Assembly (NCBI RefSeq): GCF_046119375.1 | Contig: NW_027362769.1 | Span: 52,762,001-52,826,000 of the forward strand | Length of the DNA stretch: 64,000 nucleotides | From: Phyllobates terribilis | Lineage: Eukaryota | Direction: 5' to 3' | Shown here: positions 12,881 through 25,346 of the stretch, one piece after another | Position numbering within the stretch: position 1 is the first letter of the stretch | Layout: every line of letters starts with the position of its first letter | Translations under genes and position numbers: made by a program | The notes under the pieces: model-generated | Database searches by the model: none | What the model saw: only the letters and a program-made list of their open reading frames with translations | Told to the model about the DNA's origin: nothing

Positions 12881-14576
12881 CTCCTCCACTATATCTACAT
12901 GGTCATGATCTCCCTCTTGCTCCTAATTTTTCAATGGTGTGTCTAATGCCCTACTATATATTTTTTAAAGGCATACCTGTAAAATCATCTTACATATATA
13001 CAGTTAGGTCCATATATATTTGGACAGAGACAACATTTTTCTAATTTTGGTTCTAGACATTACCACAATGAATTTTAAACAAAACAATTCAGATGCAGTT
13101 GAAGTTCAGACTTTCAGCTTTCATTTGAGGGTATCCACATTAAAATTGGATGAAGGGTTTAGGAGTTTCAGCTCCTTAACATGTGCCACCCTGTTTTTAA
13201 AGGGACCAAAAGTAATTGGACAGTTTAAATAATTGTAAATAAAATGTTCATTTCTAGTACTTGGTTGAAAACCCTTTGTTGGCAATGACTGCCTGAAGTC
13301 TTGAACTCGTGGACATCACCAAACGCTGTGTTTCCTCCTTTTTGATGCTCTGCCAGGCCTTCACTGCGGTGGTTTTCAGTTGCTGTTTGTTTGTGGGCCT
13401 TTCTGTCTGAAGTTTAGTCTTTAACAAGTGAAATGCATGCTCAATTGGGTTGCGATCAGGTGACTGACTTGGCCATTCAAGAATATTCCACTTCTTTTCT
13501 TTAATAAACTCCTGGGTTGCTTTGGCTTTATGTTTTGGGTCATTGTCCATCTGTAGTATGAAACGACAACCAATCAGTTTGGCTGCATTTGGCTGGATCT
13601 GAGCACACAGTATGGCTCTGAATACATCAGAATTCATTCGGCTGCTTCTGTCCTGTGTCACATCATCTATAAACACTAGTGACCCAGTGCCACTGGCAGC
13701 CATGCATGCCCAAGCCATCACACTGCCTACGCCGTGTTTTACAGATGATGTGGTATGCCTTGGATCATGAGCTGTACCACGACTTCGCCATACTTTTCTC
13801 TTTCCATCATTCTGGTAGAGGTTGATCTTGGTTTCATCTGTCCAAAGAATGTTCTTCCAGAACTGTGCTGACTTTTTTAGATGTTTTTTTAGCAAAGTCC
13901 AGTCTAGCCTTTTTATTCTTGATGCTTATGAGTGGCTTGCACCGTGCAGTGAACCCTCTGTATTTACTTTCATGCCGTCTTCTCTTTATGGTAGATTTGG
14001 ATATTGATACGCCTACCTCCTGGAGAGTGTTATTAGAAACACAGCCCAAAAATCAAGATTAAGGTGTACGTGGGGAGAACCACTCCCCCCAAACACCCCT
14101 CTATACCGACTCATTGGAAACATTTTTTTATAAAGAGAAAGGCAGAGTCTTCACGGCTTAGAAAATAGTACATATTTTATTAAACAAAGTTCATTAAAAA
14201 AGAGATCCCAAAACATCAGGATAAAGTGCAAGGTGAACAATGATATGAACGACCAGACTAGACACAGCCCAAAATATAAGGCGCTATATACTCATTGGAT
14301 ATGTGCAAAGTTGCAAGAATTGGTACCTAAACAGCCATGGAGTTGAGACACTACACCTGTAGCCCCCGTTACTAAACAGGGAATAATCAATCACTTATTA
14401 TTAGAGCCAGAGTGACGTGAAAATATATAGTACCCCTGTGGCTCCGAGAGCTTATTGAGGGTGATGGTCACACCATGGCTGGCAGGCTGACAGTAGGCTG
14501 GCCAAACAGTGGCGTGCCTATGTGGCACAATACAAAGAGTGACCAGACCTGCAGTATATAAAGTGCTACATGCTAT

Positions 14577-15785
14577 TGTAGCACCCTGAGGATTCGGCTG
14601 CTACAGGGGTATTACACCTCAAGCCAGAGGTGTGGTATTCCACTCCCGGGTAAGGATGGAGTGTGGAACTGAGCTCAGTAAGCTGCATGCACTACACACA
14701 TCCCATTTCCGAGGAACAGACCGATGGTACTCCCACTAGAGAAATGTGCAGGTACAACAGTGTCTGTTCCTGGCTGGAGTGGGAGGGGGGTGGAACATCC
14801 CAGTAGTGTAGGGGCAGATAGGGGGAGCAGTCTGGGTAAAGCTAGGAGCTCATTGGGTGCTGGTCACCTGAGCTCACACATAGAGGGAGTGTATAAGGTG
14901 GGAACCATCTTAGATCAGGGTCAGTCTGTGAGACGTCAGTCAGTCTGTCAGTCTTTTGTCAGAGCAGAGCAGAGGAAGAGAGCAGAGGAGAAGAGCAGCT
15001 CCAAGGCCCAGAGAGAGAGAGGAGAAAGAAGGAACTCCAAGAGCCCAAATTAGACCAGAGGGTGAAGAGTTGGCAACAGGGTACCGGATCCCAAGCTGGC
15101 AGAGGCTACAGCACACCTTAGCCAGGAACCGGAGGTCGTGGGCAGGATCGATCTGCCACGATCACCCACTAAATCCACCCGGAAGGCAGACCACGAATAG
15201 GGTCAGGGAACCCAGAGATAAGGGTTTACCACCAAGAGGCCCGAGGGAGCTGGACATAGGTGGATCCCTGGTGGGGAAGGCCAGAGAAGAGGACAGGACA
15301 GAAAGGGAGCTCAGGACCACGCTCCAGAATCACCTGGGGGTTGGCCGAGTCCAGGACCTGGTGGACGCAGCACGGCTCGGGTGGTCACTTAAGGCCGGAG
15401 TGACCAGAACAACTGCAGTAAGTAAACAAACCCTGAACTGCACAGCCCGACTCTGAGTCTCATTTCCATCCCCGCTGCACCACCACAACCCCCATCCTCT
15501 GCAACTGACCCCCTGAGGCTATACCCCTCCCGTTGGGGGTTATACTACCTGAGCTGCACATACATCACCAGCCTCAGCGGACCCTGCTGCAGCGGCGGCC
15601 GTTTTGACCGCAAATCAACGGGTGGCGTAGTCGACACAAAAGAACATCTAGTAACATCATAAGGACTGCCACACACTGAGCTTGACACCCTGGGCACGGA
15701 CCGGGTCACAGCCACTCGGAGACTACAACCCCCATCTGATCCGGCTCCGGGTATCCCCAACAACACTGGCCCAGGGGGCGCGTCA
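14577..15785 (+). mobile_element. Solo LTR (probably Gypsy-type)
   Basis: TGTAGCAC...GCGCGTCA with 4-bp TSD CTAT (14573-14576 / 15786-15789). Confidence 0.85.
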
Positions 15786-15942
15786 CTATCTAATTTAATA
15801 TGGTAAGAGAATACCCTTAAACCCCTTAGTCACTAAATAACGGGAAAGAGGTACCTATAGTTTAAAAGTTATATTAGGGGTGGTATTCTTACCAAAATTG
15901 TAGACTGGGAGCAGGCTGGTCAGGCAGAGGTCACAGGGCATT

Positions 15943-15987
15943 CCCCGACGCGTGTTTCGTGGCGTCTAAGGCCGCTTTCTCAAGGGG
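15943..15987 (-). ncRNA. Type I hammerhead ribozyme, U3-A8 core variant
   Basis: Minus strand reads CCCC-TTGAGAA-A-GCGGC(CTTAGAC)GCCAC-GAAAC-ACGC-GTC-GGGG. Confidence 0.7.
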
Positions 15988-18900
15988 CAGTAGTGGTATC
16001 CACAGTGAAGGACCTTTTTAAATCTTTCGCGCCGGTCACGTGCACTGTCACGTGACCGGTCACATGATCAGAGGGGGGCGGGTGCGGATGTCCCACAGGC
16101 GTGAAAATGGCGCATGCGCCCGCCGAGTCCTACGTCAGACGCCAACCCTGAGCCGTCAAGACCTTCCGCGCACGCGCGGGCACGCCGCAAAGGAATGCGG
16201 AAGTGCCCGACCGCGCGCGGACGCCATATAGACAGCTGGGAGCGCGTCCAACCGCAAGAGAGTCGGCGCATGCGCACCACATCCGGGGACAGCGGCACCT
16301 GCCATTAGGTGTACACAAGTAATGGGGTCCAAATCAACAACCAATCATATACAGAGGAAAAAGTTGAAATAAGCAGATGGATAAGTGGATGATCCAGTAT
16401 ATAGTATATTTAGTCCATCAGTGTTATTTTTCTTTCTCTTTTCCTTTATGATCATTTTTGTCATCCCATCCTCTGTGCGATCTGAGGTATAAGCGTCATA
16501 GAGTTCACTTGAGACAAATAAGAGAAAGGTCCAGTGCAGTGCAGAACGAAAAAATTATTAAATTATCTAGAAAAAAGCTAAAGAAATAAACCAGTTAAAA
16601 AAAATAAAGTAAAAGACATGAGATTAAAAACAAAAAACAAATATAAACCCGCAACCACTTGCGCCCTAACGGACCCAGTAAGGGCAGCTGGAGGGGTCAA
16701 CATGAGATATAGTGTAGTTCAAAAATACATAATATCCTATTACAAAAATGAAGAGAACGATAAGGACTCATTCAGACCATGAGGTGATAATGTACCAAGT
16801 CCTGGAGAGTGTTGTTCACTTGGTTGGCTGTTGTGAAGGGGTTTCTCTTCACCATGGAGATTATTCTGTGATCATCCACCACTGTTGTCTTCCGTGGGCG
16901 CCCAGGTCTTTTTGCATTGATGAGTTCACCAGTGCTTTCTTTCTTTCTCAGGATATACCAAACTGTAGATTTTGCCACTCCTAATATTGTAGCAATTTAT
17001 CGGATGTTTTTTTTCCGTTTTTGAAGCTTAAGGATGGCTTGTTTCACCTGCATGGAGAGCTCTTTGACAGCATGTTTACTTCACAGCAAAACCTTCCAAA
17101 TGCAAGCACCACACCTCATATCAACTCCAGGCCTTTTATCTGCTTAATTGAGAATGACATAATGAAGGGATTGCCCACACCTGTCCATGAAATAGCCTTG
17201 GAGTCAATTGTCCAATTACTTTTGGTCCCTTTAAAAACAGGGTGGCACATGTTAAGGAGCTGAAACTCCTAAACCCTTCATCCAATTTTAATGTGAATAC
17301 CCTCAAATGAAAGCTGAAAGTCTGAACTTCAACTGCATCTGAATTGTTTTGTTTAAAATTCATTGTGGTAATGTCTAGAACCAAAATTAGAAAAATGTTG
17401 TCTCTGTCCAAATATATATGGACCTAACTGTATGTATGCCCCTTCCCGGGTAAATGTTTTTCAGCCCTTGCACAAGGTGCATTGGCTTTACCAGTGTAGC
17501 AGTCCCACTCCTTCCAAATGTTAAAAATTATTTTTCAGAGGCACTCATCTACGTCTCTTCAAGGGTGTATCGCATTGCCTCCGTCTAATTTTTGTTATGC
17601 CTTGAACATAATGCATCGGCTTTACCACTCTGAGTCCCACTCCTTAACAATGTTAAAACAATGTTTTCAGAGGCACTCCTCTATTTCTCTTCCAGGGTGA
17701 ACTGCAATCCCTCCTTTAAATATTTACTAGGACGTGCACTAAGTGCATAGGCTTTAGCAGTGAAGGAATCCCACTGTTTTTAAAATTCTCACTCTGAATT
17801 TTGGGAGGTCAAGCTTAACCGTTGGATCACAGGGAGCGCCACCATTCTGCTCTGACTAGCGTAGGGACAAGACGCGGCTGGAATGAGGGGCAGTGTCAGG
17901 CTCTGAGAGTGTCATTGTAAAACAGCCTCTATGTGGGCAATGTGCCCCAGGCTGCGTGGGTGAACTTTTCAAAACGCCTTGTTACTTCTTTTAAAAGGTG
18001 TAACAAAAGCAGGAATCATTTTTTGGCACATTAGTTTACAGTCTTGCAAGGATTTAATGAAGCTGTTACATGGGCGTTTTGCAAAATTTTTGATATTTTG
18101 GCATCAGAAATCCTATAGTGTTATCAGCACCTTTACTTGTTGTACCCAGGGCTGGACTGGGACTGAAATTCAGCCCTGGCATTTTCAAGAACAAAGGCCC
18201 ACGTCGTGTAACTTCTGTAACCTTGCTCTCTAAATAGTCTAACTACAGGTCAGCAACATACAATGATGAGTGGTTTGTGCTGCGGACCTCCATATCTGAC
18301 AGCCACTGAATTATGGCCAATTTAGAAGAGCCAATAATCATGAAAAGTGTGTTGGTGACAGCACGCCTTCCTGATTATGGACTCATTTAAATAGGTCAGT
18401 AATCACCTGATATAAGAGCAAAATGGTTACTTGTCACATGCGATGATTTTTAGCCAGCTTAAAAATCATGGTTCTTGGTAGCACATTGCTCTTGGTATAC
18501 AGGACATGTGCTCCTGAGAACATGACATTGTACGTGCACACAACATGTTAACAATCGCTGTGTGCACAGAGAAGTGCGGACCACCTGTGTGGAAATGCCG
18601 TATAGGACACTGGCTGACATGTATATAGCAGATCAGTAGCCATGTACATGTGGTAACAATGCAGGGAGACTGCAGCTGCAGCGCGCGCCGTCCTGCTCTC
18701 CTCCTGGCAGGTGTAATGACAGTCAGGTCTCATTCAGACGTCTGTTTCTCCTGTAATGTTCTATCTGTGGTTTTCATGATTTAATTTTCATTATAGTCTA
18801 TGGTGATGTTCATTTGCCCGTATTTTTTTGCAGACCGTGTCTCCCAAAAAAAAAAATCAGTTATTTTCGTTTTTATCAACGTTACAGTAAAAATAACCTC

Positions 18901-19220
18901 TACAAGTCTATGGACCTGTGACGGACAGCACACGGCTAGCACAGTGCACAATCCGTGTGGTCTGTGATTAACATTGTAATGTATAGTAGATGCTTTATAA
19001 TTAACTTATTTTTTTCATATGTGAAAATCACTAATGAAATACTGATGGTAAAAACCAGGGGCTGGCTGGCAAGTTTCAGTCTGGGGGGCAAGCACACATC
19101 ACTGGCCCATGCATAGGGCATCATTAACCAGTTTACCGCGGCCTTGACTTCCTTATAGAAGTAGCAGAGGTAACTTTTAAAAGATGAGACTGGACCTCTT
19201 GTTTTCATGTACCAATGTAA

Positions 19221-19536
19221 GGGTATGTGTACACAACATCTTTTTCAGGTGGATTGCAGCAGGCACCCCCCTGAAAAAGCGCCACAAACCTGCTGCTAAA
19301 AATGAACTTAGTGCACACCAATGTGAAACGCCATTGATGTACACACTCTAACTGCTTCAGTGTTTGGAAACTGAAGCTGTTAAAAGAAGTAGCATGTTCA
19401 GTCACTTACAGCTATAGAAAGTATAGAGAAAAGATGCCGGTGGCACAAACAAACGTGGCTGCTTCAAGAAAAAGATTTCATACGTTTTCCTGAAGCGGCT
19501 CTGCCGCCTGAAATAAAACATTGTGTGCACATACCT
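19221..19536. mobile_element. PIF/Harbinger-type MITE
   Basis: GGGTATGTGTACACA...TGTGTGCACATACCT; flanks TAA/TAG. Confidence 0.6.
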
Positions 19537-19573
19537 TAGATACGAACACTCGGCTGCAGCACTCTGCAAACAC

Positions 19574-19657
19574 GGAATACAAGAATCACTCTAATGAATG
19601 CAAGAATCACTCTAATGAATACAAGAATCACTCCAATGAATGCAAGAATCACTCCAA
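19574..19657. repeat. 21-bp tandem repeat, about 4 copies
   Basis: (GAAT[A/G]CAAGAATCACTC[T/C]AAT)n. Confidence 0.9.
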
Positions 19658-20061
19658 GGGCTCGTGCAGACGGCCATATATTCTCTCATCTGAGAGAATA
19701 GGGCCGATTATGCAAATGATACTCTGATCAAGCTCTGATCGCAGTTTGAGCATGGTATTGAGAGAGAATTGGAGCACACTATGAGGAGAAGATGGAGAAT
19801 AAAATTTCTCCATCCTCTCCATTGTGTCATCCGGATGCAGTCCAATGAATTCCATGCACTCATTGACTTCCATGACCGAGTGTGATCCGAATATCAGATC
19901 AAACTTGGACATGCAGCAATTATTTCCTCAGACTGGCTCTGTCTGAGGGAAAAAATTCAATATGTGCAGGGCCCCATACACTAACATTGGTCCGAGTGAG
20001 ATCCGATGTTTCTGTTTCCCAGATTGCACTTGGTCCGATAATACAGCGTCTGCACAAGCCC
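19658..20061. mobile_element. PIF/Harbinger-type MITE
   Basis: GGGCTCGTGCAGACG...CGTCTGCACAAGCCC; 3-bp CAA on both flanks. Confidence 0.65.
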
Positions 20062-20320
20062 CAAGATGAGGCTGTCATGGACATACATTGAAAAGTGACC
20101 TCCAGCTTGTTCAAATGTCTTCAGCAAACACTGGAGCAATCCGACAGGTCACAAACTGCTGGAGACTGACCAGAACGGTGCGAATAAAAGATAAAGACGG
20201 CGGCTGGTACATTACTAGCACCACTCCAGTGCTGCAATAAAAAAACGCTCACATATACATACAACATAAACACTCAGTCACTTCTTACAATATACACTCA
20301 GTATATACACTAGACACATA

Positions 20321-20541
20321 CAGTACAGACCAAAAGTTTGGACACACCTCATTTAAAGATTTTTCTGTATTTTCATGACTATGAATTAACACATGTGGAA
20401 TTATATACTTAACAAAAAAGTGTGAAACAACTGAAAATATGTCTTATATTCTAGGTTCTTCAAAGTAGCCACCTTTTGCTTTGATGACTGCTTTGCACAC
20501 TCTTGGCATTCTTTTGATGAGCTTCAAGAGGTAGTCACCGG
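20321..20541. mobile_element. Isolated TIR fragment of the Tc1 family found at 1879 and 54754
   Basis: TA|CAGTACAGACCAAAAGTTTGG... with an internal deletion between two ACTATGAA repeats. Confidence 0.9.
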
Positions 20542-20559
20542 GATGAGGCCTTACAGACA

Positions 20560-21235
20560 GAAGCAACATGAACCTAGTTCTGACTTTTTTTCACATTATA
20601 AACTTATTCATGGAAATGAGACCAAACTTGGACGTCTGATTCTTTTTTTCAAACAATTGATTGTCCAATTTCCTATTAGCCAACATGTGGACTCATTCTA
20701 TATATATATTGTTCCCCTAGTGAAAATAACATTATACCCCTGAGGAAGCCATTCAGTGGCGTAACGCGTGGCGCTCTGGCTCTGTATTGTTTTCCCACTA
20801 TCTGCCTGTCTCCCTGTTGGTGCACTTTCTTTGTGGTAGGTATAGTATTTGCTGTATACCTTCTATTTGAATATATATACTGGGCTTAGACAGCAATGTG
20901 CCCACACATGCACCGTTTGAATGGAGTAATCTTATCTTATTATTTTTCTAATGCAACTGCATATATTTTGATACAGTTGTTCTATAAGGTAGCACTTGTA
21001 ATTGCAGACACTCGTCAGATTAATATATTTGTGGGCAGATTTTGGGGAATAATCTGTATTGCCTCTATATTATTATATGTATTACACTTATATTTTGATA
21101 TACTACATACCTTCACGGGTATTTGCTACATGTTTTTAAGTATGTTTTAACTGGAATGTGTTTAGTGTTCCTAATCAAATTTCTTTATAATTTTTCAATC
21201 CTTGCGGTTTGATTTTTATTGCTTATTAAGAATAC
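20560..21235 (+). mobile_element. Penelope-type terminal-repeat remnant
   Basis: CCAAT at about 20664, TATATATA at about 20699, decayed hammerhead at 20737, AT-rich tail. Boundaries approximate. Confidence 0.5.
20737..20773 (+). ncRNA. Decayed hammerhead ribozyme
   Basis: CCC-CTGAGGA-A-GCCA(TTCAG)TGGC-GTAAC-GC-GTG. A13>U and H17>G substitutions make it likely inactive. Confidence 0.6.
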
Positions 21236-21799
21236 TTGCTGCCTAGCATATGTACCCCTTGTTCTCTTCAAAGTTTCCAGTCTCTCTTTGGGAGGTTACT
21301 GGCACAGTATTCCTTTATTAAATATGTGGTGCTAGAATTTTTTTTCTGCCATCGAACTGGACCAGTCTCACTTAAATACAGCGTGGGAGCCAGTGGCGTA
21401 CCGCCAATGGCGGCAGACCACGCGACTGCTATGGGGCCCGTGAGCCGGGGGGCCCCATAGCAGTCCAGGGGTGGACATACCGTCGCTGGTGCAGCTGCGC
21501 CGGGTCCCCACCATGCAGCTGCACCAAGGGGCCCGCAAGGTGCATCTGCTCCCTGCACGCGGCGGTCAGGGAGCGATCCCTGCAGCTCCCCTGCTGTCAG
21601 GAGGAGAATAGCAGCGGAGCTGGAGGGTTTGTCCTCTGCTTCCTCCCTGACCCAGGCGCGCGCAGCTTGATCACGTCATCGTGCAGCGCGCGCCTGGGTC
21701 AGGAAGAAAGCTGCCAGCAACCAGGAGGATGCTGCTGCAGGGGAGCAAGCTGAGGAAAGTTGTTTTTTTTTTTTTTTTTTTTTTTACTGAAATGCTGGG

Positions 21800-22660
21800 G
21801 AGGGGAGATGGGGGGAGAGCAATGGTGGGATGGTGGGGCTGGGGAGAGGAATGATGGGGCTGGGAAGAGCAATAATGGGGCTGATGGGACTGGGGAGAGA
21901 AATATTGGGGCTGGGGAGAGGAATAATGGGGTTGATGGGGCTGGGGAGAGCAATAATGGGGTTGATGGGGCTGGGGAGAGGAGTGATGGGGCTTGGGATA
22001 GGAATAATGGGGCTGGGAAGAGCAATAATGGGGCTGGGGAGAGGAATGATGGGATGGTGGGGCTGGGGAGAGGAATGATGGGGCTGGGAAGAGCAATAAT
22101 GGGGCTGATAGGGCTGGGGAGAGCAATGATGGGGATGGTGGGGAAGGGAAGAGCAATGACGTGTTGCTGGGAAAGAGCAATGACTGGGGTGCTGGGAGAG
22201 AGCAATGATGGAGGTGCTGGGACAGAGCAATGGTGGGGGGCTGGGAGAGAGCAATTATGTGGGGCTGGGAGAGAGCAATAATGGAGGTGCTGGGAAAGAG
22301 TAATGATGGGGGTGCTGGGAGAGAGCAATGATGGGAGTGCTGGGAGAAGCAATGATGGAGGTGCTGGGACAGAGCAATGATGGGTGCTGGGACAGAGCAA
22401 TGATGGGGGGTGGTGGGACAGAGCAATGATGCGGGTGCTGGGAGAGGGCAATGATGGGGGTGCCGGAAGAGAGCAACGATGAGGGTGCTGGGACAGAGCA
22501 ATGACGGGGGTGCTGGGACAGAGCAATGACGGGGGTGCTGGGAGAGAGTAATGATGGGGGTGCAGAGAGAGAGCAATGATGGAGGTGGTGGGAGAGAGCA
22601 ATGATGAGGGGTGCTGGGAGAGAGCAATTAATGGGGTTGCTGGGAGAGAGCAATTATGGG
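21800..22660. repeat. G-rich minisatellite (about 21-22 bp unit)
   Basis: GGGGCTGGGGAGAGCAATAAT and GGGGGTGCTGGGAGAGAGCAATGAT variants. Confidence 0.95.
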
Positions 22661-23127
22661 GGTTTCACTTTGCTTGCACTGTGAAGCCTTGTATGTTTTC
22701 CGTGTGCACATAGCCTTACAGTTAATTGGGGAGAGTCACAGAGACTGAATAATTTATATTATTGGCCGGTGCAGATTATAGTTAATGGGGGGCACAGTGC
22801 TGCTTATCCCTTTATATTTTGACTACTAAGTGGCTAATAGTATATTTAATGGGGGGGGGTTACATATCTGTATTCGAGGACACAGAGCGGGGGAGACACA
22901 TGTATGCATACAATATGTGACCTTGTTATTTTCTAGGCTGGAGATCATCGTGACAAGATGAGTCGTGGCTGGGAGATGTCGACATGAAGGTCTGACCAGA
23001 TGGAGAAGAAGCAGCAGAAACCGACTCTGATCAGATGAGACGTCAGCGGTAAGTGCCTGGATGTAAATATTATTCTGTATCTGCACTGTGTGACTTGAAG
23101 TGATAATGTTATCTGTAAAATCCCTTA

Positions 23128-23377
23128 GGCCACATTCTCACATTTGTGTGAAATGTCCTTGTGCTGCCAGATCTTTTTATCGGCTGGTCCACGGACTCGT
23201 ACAGTTTTATAGATCCATTCACACATCCATGAAAATCACGTATCTGAGAATGACATCTAAGAGGGTCAGAGAATGTCCTTTTCTGATCCGATTTTGAGGA
23301 TTAGAATAGGACATGCTCAATGCGTCAGTAAAACCGGGCAGCACACTGACACTGCACACGGATACAGGAATGTAGCC
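23128..23377. mobile_element. PIF/Harbinger-type MITE
   Basis: TTA|GGCCACATTC...GAATGTAGCC|TTA. Confidence 0.75.
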
Positions 23378-24498
23378 TTATTATGTATAGCACAGTCCCT
23401 TAGTATATAGTGTACTCACTTATTATGTATAGCGCTATCCTTAGTTATATAGTTTCCTCTTTTATTATGTATAGCGCCGTCCCTTATTATGTACCATCCT
23501 CTCTAGCGGCTCACAGTTGGGGGATCATACTGTGTTGGGGTCAGCATACTTTACCCTGGGAGTTGAGGTGGGGTACAATAGGGTCATTATACTGTGCATG
23601 TGGAGGAATTCACCATGGGGGTTTCATACTGTGTTTGGGGGGCCCTTTTATTGGCATCACACTTTATAGGGCAATGAAAGAGAGATCTAGGACGTCATCA
23701 GGAGGAAAATTACTATGTAAGGGATGGAAAGTTGTGAGATCTGATCTTTGGTGACCCCGACAATTATTTTAATTTTTTTTTTGTGGGGGGGTTCCCAATT
23801 AGAGCTTCTGCTATGGGGCCCCATGATTCCTATGTACGCCCCTGGTGGGAGCAATTCAAATGTTTTTTTGGTGGGTACACAGGGGAAGTCGGGAGACAAT
23901 ATACACTGCTCAAAAAAATAAAGTGAACACTCAAATAACACATCCTAGATCTGAATGAATGAAATATTCTCATTGAATACTTTGTTCTGTACAAAGTTGA
24001 ATGTGCTGACAACAAAATCACACAAAAATCATCAATGGAAATCAAATTTATTAACCAATGGAGGCCTGGATTTGGAGTCGCCCCCAAAATTAAAGTGGAA
24101 AAACACATTACAGGCTGATCCAACTTTGATGGAATGTCCTTAAAACAAGTCAAAAAGAGGCTCAGTATTGTGTGTGGCCTCCACGTGCCTATATGACCTC
24201 CCTGCAACGCCTGGGCATGCTTCTGATGAGGTTGCGGCTGGTCTCCTGTGGGATCTCCTCCAGGATGGCACATCAATGTGAGTTGTGGCAAGAAGGTTGC
24301 TGTGTCTGTCAGCGTAGTGTCCAGAGGCTGGAGGCGCTACCAGGAGACAGGCCAGTACACCAGGAGACATGGAGGGGGCTGTAGGAGGGCAGCAATCCAG
24401 CAGCAGGACCGCTACCTCCGCCTTTGTGCAATGAGGAATAGGAGAAGCACTGCCAGAGCCCTGCAAAATGACCTCCAGCAGGCCGCAAATGTTCATGT

Positions 24499-25346
24499 AA
24501 TGACCAAAACAAAAGCAGATCACCAAAGGTGAAATGCCATCTCCAAATCACTAAACCAAAAACCCAAACAAAAATCTAATAGGTATCTAAAAGTAAAACA
24601 AGTAGAGATATATCCTGAAGAAAAATATAAAGAGATACCCAAGACTCATTGGAGATCTATACAAAACATAATCTTTATTCATAGCAACATGTTATTCTAG
24701 ATAAATACATCACATACAGAGGTATTGGGGAAAGAGCAGCTAAAACAATAGGATACAGGGTATATAAACCCAAAATAGTAAGGAGACCGTAGCTAAAGCC
24801 CCAGATAGGTATAAATATCACATAAGCAATGATTACATATAGATAAAATATATCAGAGATGACTAGATTGTTTATGCTGAAATAAAGTGCATAGGACAGT
24901 GATTGAATCAAAATAAAACAACCGCTGAAGGCACTATACCATGCTGGCTCAGGGTAAGTATAAGAATCTGAAGTATCTCAGTCCATCTGAGTAGAGATGA
25001 GAGACCAGGGACTGATATAAATGAACAGCCTAACATTAGTTTAATCATATGACAATATACCGGCCAATGCCGTATAGATAATTACCTTGAGTCATGATAG
25101 AGATCAGGGGCTCGTGATAGCGGTCTGCAAAACGCCTCGACGCGCGTTTCGCCTCAGCTTCGTCAGGAGGCGTGGTTAGAATAAGAGGTGGGTCCTATTT
25201 ATATGAATGAAAAGTGTGTAACTGCCAATTGGCGCGCTATCCCCCGCGATGCCGCGCCCCCAGCGATGACGCGGACCGGCGTGCAGCCCGCGGGATGAGG
25301 AGGAGGAACGACGTCATCCCCCCCATCACCAAGGCAACCACGCACA
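24499..25346 (-). repeat. PLE 3' terminal repeat (pLTR)
   Basis: Matches 29144-29992. By eye the only difference found was GAAATAAAGTG vs GAAAAAAAAGTG. Confidence 0.95.
25133..25172 (-). ncRNA. Minimal type I hammerhead ribozyme (3' repeat copy)
   Basis: CGCCTC-CTGACGA-A-GC(TGAG)GC-GAAAC-GCGC-GTC-GAGGCG: 6-bp stem I, intact core, palindromic loop III, GUC cleavage triplet. Confidence 0.9.

Larger units (their letters stand above)
14032..16799 (-). mobile_element. 5'-truncated Penelope-like insertion (non-coding 3' region plus terminal repeat), carrying a nested LTR
   Basis: 14-bp TSD TCCTGGAGAGTGTT at 14018-14031 and 16800-16813. CpG island at about 16040-16310, then a TATA-like box, a hammerhead and an AT-rich tail, as in the intact PLE. 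Confidence 0.75.
13001..17430 (-). mobile_element. Tc1-like transposon interrupted by a truncated PLE
   Basis: TA|CAGTTAGGTCC...GGACCTAACTG|TA. TIRs 13001-13222 and 17209-17430. Transposase N-terminal part at about 16800-16980 (GRPRK); C-terminal part 13254-13895 (WTDETK, MDNDPKH, SPDRNPIEH). Confidence 0.93.
21391..23844. mobile_element. Non-autonomous hAT element
   Basis: CAGTGGCGTAC...GTACGCCCCTG; 8-bp TSD GTGGGAGC (21383-21390 / 23845-23852). Confidence 0.9.

Noticed and set aside
19574-19657. Regular 21-bp repeats as a CRISPR-like array
   Set aside because: Head-to-tail units with no unique spacers, no cas genes, and a eukaryotic context.
21671-22653. Long Pro/Ser/His-rich ORFs (318 aa, 300 aa and others)
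   Set aside because: They are stop-free readings of a minisatellite in several frames on both strands.
24675-24911. Hydrophobic 78-aa ORF in the PLE repeat (copy at 29320-29538) as a membrane peptide
   Set aside because: T-rich DNA yields Ile/Leu/Tyr/Phe-rich ORFs by composition. The two copies differ at the N-terminus, and it lies in the putative intron.
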